Source: Megasphaera elsdenii DSM 20460 | GTDB lineage: Bacteria; Bacillota; Negativicutes; Veillonellales; Megasphaeraceae | Assembly: GCF_003010495.1 (NCBI RefSeq) | Contig: NZ_CP027570.1 | Location: forward strand, 870,001-902,000 | Length of the DNA: 32,000 nucleotides | Direction of reading: 5' to 3' | Shown: positions 18,419 to 28,378 of the stretch, piece after piece | Layout of the letters: each line of letters begins with the position of its first letter | How positions within the stretch are numbered: position 1 is the stretch's first letter | Program-made: the position numbers and the translations under genes | Notes under the pieces: model-generated | What the model saw: only the letters and a program-made list of their open reading frames with translations | Database searches by the model: none | What the model was told of the DNA's origin: nothing

Positions 18419-18847
18419 TTATTTCAACAATGCTTTGACGGCTTCTGTTTCGTCCGTAGCGTTTTCGTTACCAGAGATGATGGCACCCTGGGCTACGATG
18501 CAGTCGAGGCCTTTGTCCTTGCGGACCTGGTCGACTTTGGAAACGACGTCTTTTTCAATGGGGACGATCAGCTTGTTTTCCAGCTTGCTCAGGTTCTGAG
18601 CGAGTTCACGGCCGAGGTTCTGGCGTTCCTGATCGGTCTTCATTTTCGGAGCTTTTTTAGCAAACTGTTCGTTAGCATCTTTGACAGCAGCCTGCATCTG
18701 AGCGCTGACTTTCGGGAAGTCCTTGTGGGACTGTACTAAGGTATCGAAGTTGACGTAACCGACGCCGGAAGCGAAGGCCGACGAAGCAGCGACAAGGCTC
18801 ATCATTCCCATAACGGCAAGGGATGCCAATTGTTTTTTCAGTTTCAT
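18419..18847 (-). CDS. OmpH/Skp-family periplasmic chaperone
   Basis: A signal peptide is present (MKLKKQLASLAVMGMMSLVAASSAFA). GVGYVNFDTLVQ followed by a K/E/Q-rich helical arm is the typical Skp layout. The promoter is TTGTAC-17-TATAAT on the minus strand at about 18880..18910. Confidence 0.75.
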   Translation of the reverse strand: MKLKKQLASLAVMGMMSLVAASSAFASGVGYVNFDTLVQSHKDFPKVSAQMQAAVKDANEQFAKKAPKMKTDQERQNLGRELAQNLSKLENKLIVPIEKDVVSKVDQVRKDKGLDCIVAQGAIISGNENATDETEAVKALLK

Positions 18848-18950
18848 AATGTATTCCTCCTGTACCGCAGAGCGGCTGAATTACTCTTTCTTACAATGTT
18901 CTATTCGTATATTATAACAAACTTACTGCTAAAGTACAACATGCACGGCT

Positions 18951-19364
18951 TCAGGCCTTTTCATCTTCCCCTTCTGTCTTGTCTTCGTCATCATCGTGGA
19001 TATAGATATATTTATCCTTTTTCATCTTATCGATGATTTCCGGAGCCATGGCGATGAGTTTTTCAAAAGCCGAAGCCTGGTAGCCATCTTTCTTGATGGA
19101 GAACATTTCGACCCGGTCGCCTTTGATGACCAGGATGGCTGCCGGTTCCATCTTAGCGCCGCCGCCGCTGCCGGCACTGCTGCGGCCGTTTTCCGTCTTG
19201 CCATTGACGCCGCCGGACCCGAAACCAAAGGTGACGTCGACGAAAGGCACCAGGATTGCATCGCCGATGTGGACGGCCTGGCCGACGACGGTTTCGACTT
19301 TGATCATTTCTTTGAAACTTTCAAAAATTTCTTCCAAGTTGTTCTTGATGTACGAGTTATCCAT
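18951..19364 (-). CDS. ytfJ: Sporulation protein YtfJ (GerW family)
   Basis: The sequence ILVPFVDVTFGFGSGG...GGGAKMEPAAILVIKGDRVEMFSIK matches the YtfJ/GerW pattern. It overlaps the upstream DUF2953 gene by 8 nt, as in the B. subtilis ytfIJ pair. Confidence 0.8.
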   Translation of the reverse strand: MDNSYIKNNLEEIFESFKEMIKVETVVGQAVHIGDAILVPFVDVTFGFGSGGVNGKTENGRSSAGSGGGAKMEPAAILVIKGDRVEMFSIKKDGYQASAFEKLIAMAPEIIDKMKKDKYIYIHDDDEDKTEGEDEKA

Positions 19365-20100
19365 GTTCTTCCTCCTTGTTCACAGCGTGCCACTCAGCCC
19401 ATAGACGGCGTACAGGCCGGGAGGCGGCAAAGACGGCTGTAAACAGAAGCAGCACTGCCGGATATAGACGGCCCGAAGCACGGACGGTACAGTCATACTG
19501 TTCCTCGACGAAATTGAATTGTAAGTCTGTGACGCTCCCCGGACAGATGGCATAGAGGGCGCCGGCCAGCATCCCCGTTTCATGGGGTTCCGGGAGGCCG
19601 ATGATGCCGGTCAGGGTAAAGCGGCGGATCTGGCCATGGCCGAGCAGGCGGGACAGCCAGGTGAAGAAGGCCGCCAAGAAATCGCTATTGAAGATGCCCG
19701 GCAGGAGCTGGCATATCGGCGGCTTTTTTTTGGGGCTTCCTGACTCTGTCGATTCCGGGGCCTCCGGCCCTTTTTCGCGGAGCAGGTCTTCATACGTGAG
19801 GTGCTGGCTTTCTTTTTCCAGTTCCTCCCAGGCTTTCTTGGCTTCTTCCGGCGTCGGGGGCGGCGTTTCTACCGGCTCTTTCACGGCAGGGCTGCGCTTC
19901 CAGCAGGTATGCAGCTCGTGATGCGGTTCTTCGCCCAGGGAATAGGACCAGGATGCATCGGCCAGCTTCCGGCCCCAGCTTCCCTGGCCTTCGACCTGGA
20001 AGGGCGTGCCGATATGGACGGTCAGGGCATAGGTAATGGGCAGGCAGAGGATGAGCAGTATGCAGCTGAATAAAATGGCAAGGACGACGACAATCGCCAT
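19357..20100 (-). CDS. ytfI: DUF2953 (YtfI-like) membrane-anchored protein
   Basis: It has an N-terminal TM segment and is translationally coupled to ytfJ. The family assignment rests on synteny plus general sequence features only. Confidence 0.55.
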   Translation of the reverse strand: MAIVVVLAILFSCILLILCLPITYALTVHIGTPFQVEGQGSWGRKLADASWSYSLGEEPHHELHTCWKRSPAVKEPVETPPPTPEEAKKAWEELEKESQHLTYEDLLREKGPEAPESTESGSPKKKPPICQLLPGIFNSDFLAAFFTWLSRLLGHGQIRRFTLTGIIGLPEPHETGMLAGALYAICPGSVTDLQFNFVEEQYDCTVRASGRLYPAVLLLFTAVFAASRPVRRLWAEWHAVNKEEEHG

Positions 20101-20174
20101 AGTGCAGCCCCCTTTTGTGAAAATAATCCGTTACTTTTATTTATTCTATATATATGGGGCAAGTTCCTTTTTTT

Positions 20175-21299
20175 TTAGGCGTCCTGTTTTTCTTTTTCTT
20201 TTTTATTAAAAATGCAGTCTACGTTTTCGGCACCGAAGCAGCGGGAACAGGAAATGCACAGGGCCGGTTCCGTATCGCCCGATTTCCAGCGGTTCGGCAG
20301 GTCCGGCTGGCGCAGGAAGGGGCGGCTCATGGAAATGAAAGCCAGGTCTGTCGATTCCAGGGCTTCTTCGATATCGGCTATAGTGCGGAAGCCGCCGACG
20401 ACGCCGACGTCGGTTTTACCTTTCAGCAGGGCAGCTGCCTCTGCTGCATAGGCTTTGAAGTACATCGGTTCCTTCGTGCGGCGGATAGCCCGGATTGGGC
20501 CTTTGCGCGGCAGGGACGACGTATTGCCGCCGCTGACTTCGATGGCGTTGACGCCCTGGTCGGCCAGCCAGGCCATGACCTGTTTGCTTTCTTCAAAGGT
20601 CAGACTGCCGTCTTTCATGAAGTCGGCACAGTTCAATTTAACCCAGATGGGATAATCGGCGCCGACGGCCTGGCGCATGGCAGCGATACATTCCAAAAGG
20701 AAGCGGGCCCGATTTTCCAGGCTGCCGCCGTAGGCATCGGTGCGGGTATTGAAATGGGGCGACAGGAATTTGCTGGCCAAATAGCCGTGGGCGCCGTGGA
20801 ACTGGACGCCGTCGAAACCAGCCTTTTTGGCCCGAGCGGCAGCTTTTGCGACGGCGTCCGTCAATTCATGGATCTGGTCGACTGTCAGGGCCTGCGATTC
20901 CTGGGTCCATTTGCCGACCTTTTCCGTGACGCCGCTGGGGCTGAAGATGATGCGCGTTTCGCCTTCCGGCGTTTCCGGCATGAGGATGGCTGAGCCCATG
21001 ACGACGAGCTGGGCTACGATTTTGCCGCCGTGCTGGTGGACGCGGTCGACGACCTGGGACAAAGGAGCGATACATTCATCGTCGTCGATGCGTATCTGAC
21101 AGTGCTGGCGCGGTTCCATCTTATTGGTCGCCATCATCCCCGTGATGATGAGGCCGGCGCCGCCATCAGCCAGGTTTTCATACATTTCGGCCAGATTTTC
21201 TGTCGGAAGGCCGTAATTCCCCATTCCTTCAAAAGTAGCAGAACGGACAAGGCGGCACTTCGCTTCAATACCGCCAATGCGACATGTATCAAATGACAT
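20175..21299 (-). CDS. NADH:flavin oxidoreductase (Old Yellow Enzyme family) with a C-terminal Cys cluster
   Basis: The sequence GFDGVQFHGAHGYLASKFLSP...NTRTDAYGGSLENRARF is the OYE TIM-barrel signature. The C-terminus is CISCSRCFGAENVDC. The start was moved to ATG 21299 (SD aaggagag); the 44-aa N-terminal extension in the track has no SD. Confidence 0.85.
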   Translation of the reverse strand: MSFDTCRIGGIEAKCRLVRSATFEGMGNYGLPTENLAEMYENLADGGAGLIITGMMATNKMEPRQHCQIRIDDDECIAPLSQVVDRVHQHGGKIVAQLVVMGSAILMPETPEGETRIIFSPSGVTEKVGKWTQESQALTVDQIHELTDAVAKAAARAKKAGFDGVQFHGAHGYLASKFLSPHFNTRTDAYGGSLENRARFLLECIAAMRQAVGADYPIWVKLNCADFMKDGSLTFEESKQVMAWLADQGVNAIEVSGGNTSSLPRKGPIRAIRRTKEPMYFKAYAAEAAALLKGKTDVGVVGGFRTIADIEEALESTDLAFISMSRPFLRQPDLPNRWKSGDTEPALCISCSRCFGAENVDCIFNKKEKEKQDA

Positions 21300-21465
21300 G
21301 GTAGAAATCTCTCCTTGGTAATATAAAATGAATTTCAGTTTATCTTGAACATTATACAATATTTGCAGAAATAAGCCAATGCATTGTTTTTTACTCCTTT
21401 TATAAAGTGTGATGTTTTTAGTTGGCTTCATTAAGCGAGTATGATATAATACAAGTGTTTGTTAA

Positions 21466-22779
<1,314 letters not shown>

Positions 22780-22807
22780 AAACAACTGAATTACACCATA
22801 ATATGTG

Positions 22808-22840
22808 AAAGGTCCTGCCGCTTATGCGGCAGGACCTTTC
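22808..22840 (+). terminator. purA terminator hairpin
   Basis: The stem is aaaggtcctgccgc / gcggcaggaccttt (14 bp) with a short loop. The T-tract is weak (tttc). Confidence 0.65.
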
Positions 22841-22841
22841 A

Positions 22842-22955
22842 AGTTGTTAGTTGTTAGTAGTTCGTGGTTCGCCAAGAATAAACGCCCCAATCGGGGCATC
22901 CGTAGGGGCCGCCCTTTGGGACGGCCCCTACGAGCCACGAATCACGAACCACGAA
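22842..22955. repeat. GC-core palindromic intergenic element, copy C (cleanest copy)
   Basis: The left arm is gttgttagttgttagtagttcgtggttcg. The core hairpin is cgtaggggccgccc-ttt-gggacggcccctacg. The right arm is agccacgaatcacgaaccacgaatc. Confidence 0.75.
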
Positions 22956-23618
22956 TCATTCCCCGCAATGGCCGGCCATGGCGCAGGCGCTGCACGAGCC
23001 GGAGCAGCCGCCGCCGATGAAGTTCAGGCCGATGACGCCGGTTACGGTTTTTCTCGGCATGAGCATGCCGCTGGGCAGGAGGGAAACGCCGATTTGTTCG
23101 GCGTGGACGGCCTGGGCGATGTTGGCCATCTGGCCGGCTGGCCAGTCACCGGTACCGGGATTCATGATCCAGGCGGCTTTATAGCCTTTATCGGCGCCGG
23201 CTTCGTCGAGCATGTCGACGAGCTGTTTCGTATAGCCGGCAGTAGCGACGGCCAGGGCCGAATCGAGGGCCAGGCCACGGGTGATGTCTTTGTTCATGAA
23301 CAAGGCATCGACTTCTTTTTCCACGGCTTCGCCCAAGGTGACGGCATACATCAGGACGATGGCTGAATCTTCGATTCGCTGGCAGGCCGTCGGGCTGCTG
23401 ATGGTGAAGGGGCTGTCGCAGAGGACCATATGAGATGTATTGTCATAGAAGCACTGCTGGCAGATGGCCTGTGGTTTGGCCAATTCCATGACGCGCTGGC
23501 ACGCTTCCTGGACGAAATCATCGGAAAGTTCGGCAGCTCCGCGCTGCAAGGCATATTCTTTGACGCTGGCGGCGTCGATTTCCCGCAAGGGGTCGGTAAA
23601 TGTTGGCATTTTATACAT
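22956..23618 (-). CDS. Methionine-synthase activation-domain-like protein (Met_synt_B12 superfamily) with a C-terminal Cys-rich tail
   Basis: The sequence NPGTGDWPAGQMANI...IGVSLLPSGMLMPRKTVTGVIGL resembles the stand-alone MetH activation-domain proteins of Firmicutes. The tail is GGGCSGSCSACAMAGHC. Confidence 0.6.
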   Translation of the reverse strand: MYKMPTFTDPLREIDAASVKEYALQRGAAELSDDFVQEACQRVMELAKPQAICQQCFYDNTSHMVLCDSPFTISSPTACQRIEDSAIVLMYAVTLGEAVEKEVDALFMNKDITRGLALDSALAVATAGYTKQLVDMLDEAGADKGYKAAWIMNPGTGDWPAGQMANIAQAVHAEQIGVSLLPSGMLMPRKTVTGVIGLNFIGGGCSGSCSACAMAGHCGE

Positions 23619-23771
23619 CCTTTCTGAATCTGTACATTTGCTTCTTATTATACCATAGAAATTGTTAGAAAAATCAATGAAATCGGGGCAATAAATATTT
23701 GATTAAATGGTGGATAGACGATATACTATAATATAGACTTTAAAAATAATTTTGATAGAAATGAGGTGGAC

Positions 23772-24623
23772 ATGGTGGCAGTCGACGAGTCCCCGGCTGA
23801 ACGGGGCGCCCCGGCAGAAATCGCCGTAGAATGTATTGTCCCCAATCCCCATCAGCCGCGGCAGACCTTTGATGAACAAGGGCTGGCCGCTTTGGCGGAT
23901 TCCATCCGTCAGCATGGGCTTGTCCAGCCCGTCGTCGTCCAAAAGACAGGACCTGGCCGGTATGAACTGATTGCCGGCGAACGGCGGCTGCGGGCAGCGA
24001 AGCGCTGCGGCTTGAAAACGGTGCCGGCCATCATCCGCAAGTATACGCCGGATGAAGCGGCTGAAATCGCCCTTGTCGAGAATCTGCAGCGCAAGGACCT
24101 GGATGCCATTGAAGAAGGCCTGGCTTATGAGCGGCTCATGAAGGACTTCGGCTTGACCCAGGAACAGACGGCGCAGAAAGTCGGGAAAAGCCGGTCTCAC
24201 GTGGCCAACATGGTCCGGTTATTGCAGCTGCCAGCTGACATCAAGGAATGGATTGCGGCGGGACGCTTATCCATGGGACAGGCCCGCCCTCTTTTACAGC
24301 TGCCTTCTGCGAAATTGCAGCGTGAAGCGGCCCTGCACATTTTGAAGCATGACCTGTCGGCCCGCAAGGCCGAAGCCCTGGTGCGCCATTTGATGAGCCA
24401 GGCCAAGCCTCGTCCGGAGCCGGATGCTCACCTGGCCTGGTTGCAGGATAAGCTGAAGATGTCCTTGGGGACTGACGTTGCCATCCAAGTGGGGAAGGAC
24501 CGGAAAAAGGGGAAAATCGAGATTTCCTTTTCTTCGGAAGCAGAATTTGAACGGCTGCTGTCGATCCTTACCGAAGAAAAAGAAGACCCATCGCCGTCCC
24601 CTCTTTCTTCGTTTCACATATAA
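23772..24623 (+). CDS. parB: ParB/Spo0J-family partition protein (no adjacent parA)
   Basis: Seen are PNPHQPRQTFDE, the arginine patch LIAGERRLRAAK, the LVENLQRKDL box and the HTH QEQTAQKVGKSRSHVAN. The start is ambiguous (GTG 23766, ATG 23772 or GTG 23775). The promoter is TTGATT-17-TATACT at about 23700..23728. Confidence 0.9.
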   Translation: MVAVDESPAERGAPAEIAVECIVPNPHQPRQTFDEQGLAALADSIRQHGLVQPVVVQKTGPGRYELIAGERRLRAAKRCGLKTVPAIIRKYTPDEAAEIALVENLQRKDLDAIEEGLAYERLMKDFGLTQEQTAQKVGKSRSHVANMVRLLQLPADIKEWIAAGRLSMGQARPLLQLPSAKLQREAALHILKHDLSARKAEALVRHLMSQAKPRPEPDAHLAWLQDKLKMSLGTDVAIQVGKDRKKGKIEISFSSEAEFERLLSILTEEKEDPSPSPLSSFHI

Positions 24624-24651
24624 ATTTTTTGCAGTTCATGGGAGGAAAGAA

Positions 24652-25182
24652 ATGCTGAATGTCGATATGCAGGCTGCCCTGATGGCGCTTGCCGGTATTG
24701 GCGGGCTGATTTTATTGATTTTGCTCGTCTATATCGTCATTTTACACAAGAAAATCAGAAAATTAGAAACGAATTATACCTTTTTTATGCAAGACGAAAC
24801 GGGAGCCAGCGTCGAATCCAAGCTGCGTGACGACGTCGATAAACTGCATAATCTGCAGGGGACGCTCGACATGATCCACCAGACGCAGAAGGACATCATG
24901 GCTGTCCAGAACCATTGTTTCCGTAAAATTGGGTTCGTTAAATATAATGCCTTTGACAATATCGGCAATAATCTGAGCTTTGCCTTTACCGTCCTCGACG
25001 GGAAGAATGACGGTTTCTGCCTTTCCAGCGTCTATGGACGCAACGAATCGCGTATTTTCGCCAAACCGATCGTTGAAGGGAAATGCCTCTACGGGATGAG
25101 CGAAGAAGAACGGGAAAGCCTGGACAATGCCTTGAATTACAGCGGCGATATGCAGGCTGTTCAAAAGGATCTGGAAGAATAA
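24652..25182 (+). CDS. DUF4446-family membrane protein (common parB neighbour in Firmicutes)
   Basis: The start was moved to ATG 24652 (SD gggagg). It has one N-terminal TM segment, and the core FVKYNAFDNIGNNLSFAFTVLD...GFCLSSVYGRNESRIFAK matches my recollection of DUF4446. Confidence 0.7.
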   Translation: MLNVDMQAALMALAGIGGLILLILLVYIVILHKKIRKLETNYTFFMQDETGASVESKLRDDVDKLHNLQGTLDMIHQTQKDIMAVQNHCFRKIGFVKYNAFDNIGNNLSFAFTVLDGKNDGFCLSSVYGRNESRIFAKPIVEGKCLYGMSEEERESLDNALNYSGDMQAVQKDLEE

Positions 25183-25198
25183 TAAAGAGGGGAAAAGT

Positions 25199-26221
25199 GT
25201 GAAGATCCACATCAAGATATATCCATGGATGCGCACCCTGCAATCATGGTTCCAACGAATGAAAGCCTGGGAAACACCGTCATGGTGGCCGTCGTTCCTG
25301 AAAACGGACCGGACGGAGCCCCTGGTCGTGACACCGGCTCAATATAAGAAACTCGTTCGCGCCTGTGCTGTCGCAGTGGTCGTCATTGTAATCGCTGCAG
25401 GCATCGGCATTTACGAGTTCGTTTCGCTTCAGCAGACTAAAGCACAGGAAGCCCTGCATGAACAACAGCTGGAATTGATGCGTGAAAAGACGACATCCCT
25501 CCAGGAAAAGATGGATAAGATGGATTCCCTGGACCAGGAACTGCGGCAAATGGTCAAGGGTTCGGGGGCTGGTGACAGCCCAAAAGGTGACGGTGGCGTA
25601 GCAGGGGGACAGAAGAAATCTCCGGACCTTTCTCATGCCAGCTACAATGACCTGTTATTGGCCACCTCGCGTTTGGAAACCCGCAGTAATGCCCGCATCA
25701 TCAGCTTCATCACCTTGAAGACGGTCTTGAGCGATACGGCAGGCGAACAGGTTCGGCAAATGCAGCAGATTACCCATAAGTACCAGGGAGGAGCCCTGGC
25801 CGGCGGCCAAGGGGGCGATGCCAGCAGCACGTCGACGACGCCTTCCATCTGGCCCGTCAGCGGGACGATTACGTCCAATTTCGGCTATCGCGGCAATCCT
25901 ATTGGCGGCGGCTCCGGCTTCCACGAAGGCATCGACATCGGTGTCGACTACGGGACACCGGTCCGGGCGACGGCAGCCGGGAAAGTCACTATGGCCGGTT
26001 GGGTCGATGGTTATGGCAACCTCGTTGAAATCGACCATGGCAATGGGTTCGTTACCCGCTATGGCCATAACTCCATGCTGTTAGTTACGGTAGGACAAGA
26101 AGTCCGGGCTGGTTCGATTGTTGCCTTAGCCGGCAGTACAGGGCGCAGCACGGGACCGCACGTCCATTACGAAGTCCGCGTCAATGGAACCCCGACCAAC
26201 CCGCTGCTGTTCTTGCCGTAG
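25199..26221 (+). CDS. M23/LytM-family peptidoglycan metalloendopeptidase
   Basis: The sequence HEGIDIGVDYGTPVRATAAGKV...GNLVEIDHGNG..TRYGHNS...GSTGRSTGPHVHYEV has the HxxxD and HxH motifs. An N-terminal TM segment and a coiled coil precede them. Confidence 0.9.
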   Translation: MKIHIKIYPWMRTLQSWFQRMKAWETPSWWPSFLKTDRTEPLVVTPAQYKKLVRACAVAVVVIVIAAGIGIYEFVSLQQTKAQEALHEQQLELMREKTTSLQEKMDKMDSLDQELRQMVKGSGAGDSPKGDGGVAGGQKKSPDLSHASYNDLLLATSRLETRSNARIISFITLKTVLSDTAGEQVRQMQQITHKYQGGALAGGQGGDASSTSTTPSIWPVSGTITSNFGYRGNPIGGGSGFHEGIDIGVDYGTPVRATAAGKVTMAGWVDGYGNLVEIDHGNGFVTRYGHNSMLLVTVGQEVRAGSIVALAGSTGRSTGPHVHYEVRVNGTPTNPLLFLP

Positions 26222-26357
26222 GGGGATTAGCATACAAGGGGAGTTGTTATTATGCTAGGCCCTTTTAATCAAAGGTTTGGGGTTTGATGTTTGAAGTTTG
26301 AGGTGATGGGAAAATTTTATGTCCCTCGACATCACACATCAAACTTCACACATCAAA
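26222..26357. repeat. GC-core palindromic intergenic element, copy D (variant arm words)
   Basis: It begins with acaaggggagttgtta. The arm ggtttgatgtttgaagtttgaggtgatggg pairs with ccctcgacatcacacatcaaacttcacacatcaaac. Confidence 0.6.
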
Positions 26358-26360
26358 CTA

Positions 26361-26395
26361 AAAAAGGGCTTGTCGTAGAACGACAAGTCCTTTTT
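26361..26395. terminator. Bidirectional terminator; a paralogue of the intron-occupied hairpin at 12367..12402
   Basis: AAAAA, then gggcttgtcg-tagaa-cgacaagtcc, then TTTTT. The stem sequence is nearly identical to 12371..12396. Confidence 0.75.
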
Positions 26396-26420
26396 CACTA
26401 CCCCCAGGAAGGAGGATTTT

Positions 26421-27590
26421 ATGAAGAGATACATGGAGATACTGGCTTTTTGTATGCTTTTTATGGCTTTTTTCCTGAGTGGATGCAGCTTGTCTCCGAC
26501 GAATACGGGTGTCCTCATCGGGACGAACCTGGCTTTGAGCGGCAAGGGGATGTCCTATTCGACTTCGACAGAACGGGGCATCGAACTGGCCAAGGATATG
26601 GTCAATGACCGAGGCGGACTGTTGGGCAGGCCCGTCCAGATTGTATCCGTAGATAACCACGGCAAGCCGGAAGATGCCGAAGCGGCTATCCAGCAGCTGA
26701 CAGTACGCCACGTATCGGCCATCATCGGGCCGGACCTGACGGATTGTACGCGGGCGGTCTTACCTAATGTGGAAGCCGTGAAGATCCCCCTCATCAGCCC
26801 GGCCTGCACCCAGCCGGATATCACCGTCGATCCGAAGTCTCACGAAGTCTACCGCTATATTTTCCGGGCGGCTTATATCGATGCCTCTCAGGGACGGGCC
26901 ATGGCTGATTATGCTTTGAAACAGCTCCATGTCAAGCGGGCCGCCGTCTTTTATTATCCCGATAAGACGTATGCCCAGGGCCTGGCCGAATATTTCCGCA
27001 GTGCCTTTGCCGCCAGTGGCGGTGAGGTCCCCGTCTATATCCCCGTGGAAGAGGTGCAGGATTTGACCAAATACCTGTCCTTATTGCAGCGAGAAAATGT
27101 CGATGTCATCTATCTTCCCGGCTACGATGACTGGACGATACCGGCCATTACGCTGCTGCGCAGTCACGGTATTTCCCAGCCCCTGCTGGGTCCCGATGGC
27201 TGGAACGGGCCCAAGATGGAACGGGACGTCGATACATCCTATTTGACCCAGGTCTATTATACGGACCATTATGCCGGTCATGACGCCAGTGAAGCGGCCA
27301 GACGGTTTTCCCAGGCTTACTATGAAAAATACGGAGAATGGCCGGACAGTTATGCCGCTCTCGGCTATGATGCCTTCATGATGACGGCCGAAGCCGTCGA
27401 ACGCTGCCAGTCGGCAGAAGCGCCTGACGTGGCCCGGGAGTTGGAAAAGACCATCGATTATGACGGAGCGACCGGGACTATTTCTCTCGATGCCAATCAT
27501 GATGCGATTAAAGATGTCTTCATCATGACCTTTAAAGACGGCCAGCCCGAACTGGCTGCGACGATTCCCAAAGACCGTCAGACACAGTAA
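26421..27590 (+). CDS. ABC-transporter substrate-binding lipoprotein (branched-chain amino acid / Peripla_BP_6 type), orphan
   Basis: It has the lipobox LSGCS and a LivJ-like pattern (IGTNLALSG...A..G..LA...N..GG..G.P..). No permease or ATPase genes are adjacent. Confidence 0.8.
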   Translation: MKRYMEILAFCMLFMAFFLSGCSLSPTNTGVLIGTNLALSGKGMSYSTSTERGIELAKDMVNDRGGLLGRPVQIVSVDNHGKPEDAEAAIQQLTVRHVSAIIGPDLTDCTRAVLPNVEAVKIPLISPACTQPDITVDPKSHEVYRYIFRAAYIDASQGRAMADYALKQLHVKRAAVFYYPDKTYAQGLAEYFRSAFAASGGEVPVYIPVEEVQDLTKYLSLLQRENVDVIYLPGYDDWTIPAITLLRSHGISQPLLGPDGWNGPKMERDVDTSYLTQVYYTDHYAGHDASEAARRFSQAYYEKYGEWPDSYAALGYDAFMMTAEAVERCQSAEAPDVARELEKTIDYDGATGTISLDANHDAIKDVFIMTFKDGQPELAATIPKDRQTQ

Positions 27591-28300
27591 GGCAGATATT
27601 TTGTCATGGCTTGGCGCCGTGCCTTCCAGTCGGGCATGCGGATGGTCATGGCATCATAGAAATGGCGGGAGTGATTGGGCTGAAGAAAATGGCAGAGTTC
27701 GTGAAGCATGACGTGGTCGATGATTTCTTCAGGCATGATAGCCAGGTAGGTGTTCATGGTGACGATGCCTTTGAGGGGCATACAGGACCCCCAACGCGAC
27801 CGCATGACTCGCTGTTTCAGGACTGGGTCGGGCAAGGCGAGGCCGTCGAATAAGGGCTGCATCCGGGATAAACTAGCAGGAAAGAGCTTTTTCCCCAGAC
27901 TTTGCAGCAGCTTATGGTATAGCTTCTGTTTCATGACCAGTGTATCATCGGCCAGTTCCATGAAGACTGTCTGGCCGCTGCGGCGGATGCTGTTTTGTAG
28001 TCCCAGGCGGACATCGAGCTTATAGGGCTGGCCGGCGAGATAGAGCGTATCGCCGTCGCTGAGGGTCAGCATGGGAAATTTACGTTTCCGTTCTGCCATC
28101 TCATCCATGGCGCGGACGATGAAATCTGTCTTTTTTTGCAGGAAATCTTCGATATATTCCCAAGGGACACGGGCCGGTGCCGAAATATACAGCGTGCCGT
28201 CACTGTGGACGTGGAGATTGATGTTTTTCACTTTTTTTCGGACCAGGATGACCGGGAAGGTCTGGCCCTGGGCCGTGAATTGGCGTTGTTCGTTCGTCAT
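27578..28300 (-). CDS. YgjP-like (DUF45/M48-type) metal-dependent hydrolase
   Basis: The sequence RWGSC....TMN..L...P...IDHVMLHELCHFLQPNHSRHFYD is the family signature (HExxH). Confidence 0.8.
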   Translation of the reverse strand: MTNEQRQFTAQGQTFPVILVRKKVKNINLHVHSDGTLYISAPARVPWEYIEDFLQKKTDFIVRAMDEMAERKRKFPMLTLSDGDTLYLAGQPYKLDVRLGLQNSIRRSGQTVFMELADDTLVMKQKLYHKLLQSLGKKLFPASLSRMQPLFDGLALPDPVLKQRVMRSRWGSCMPLKGIVTMNTYLAIMPEEIIDHVMLHELCHFLQPNHSRHFYDAMTIRMPDWKARRQAMTKYLPYCV

Positions 28301-28378
28301 GGTGATACCTCGCAGAAATAAGATTTGTAGCTATTGTAAATAGAATCTGTTCGTTTGTCAAAAAAAGGAAGGTAGATT

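Noticed and set aside
18008-18739. 243-aa + ORF and the 74-aa minus ORF 18127..18351; similarly 22805..23020, 22851..23366, 26291..26608 and 29030..29215
   Set aside because: They run through palindromic repeat elements and terminators, or antisense to real genes. They lack an SD and have R/P/G-rich repeat-derived composition.
23766-24623. A second parS inside parB, as in B. subtilis spo0J
   Set aside because: The only CACGTG-containing site there (tctcacgtggccaa, about 24193..24206) matches the consensus poorly.
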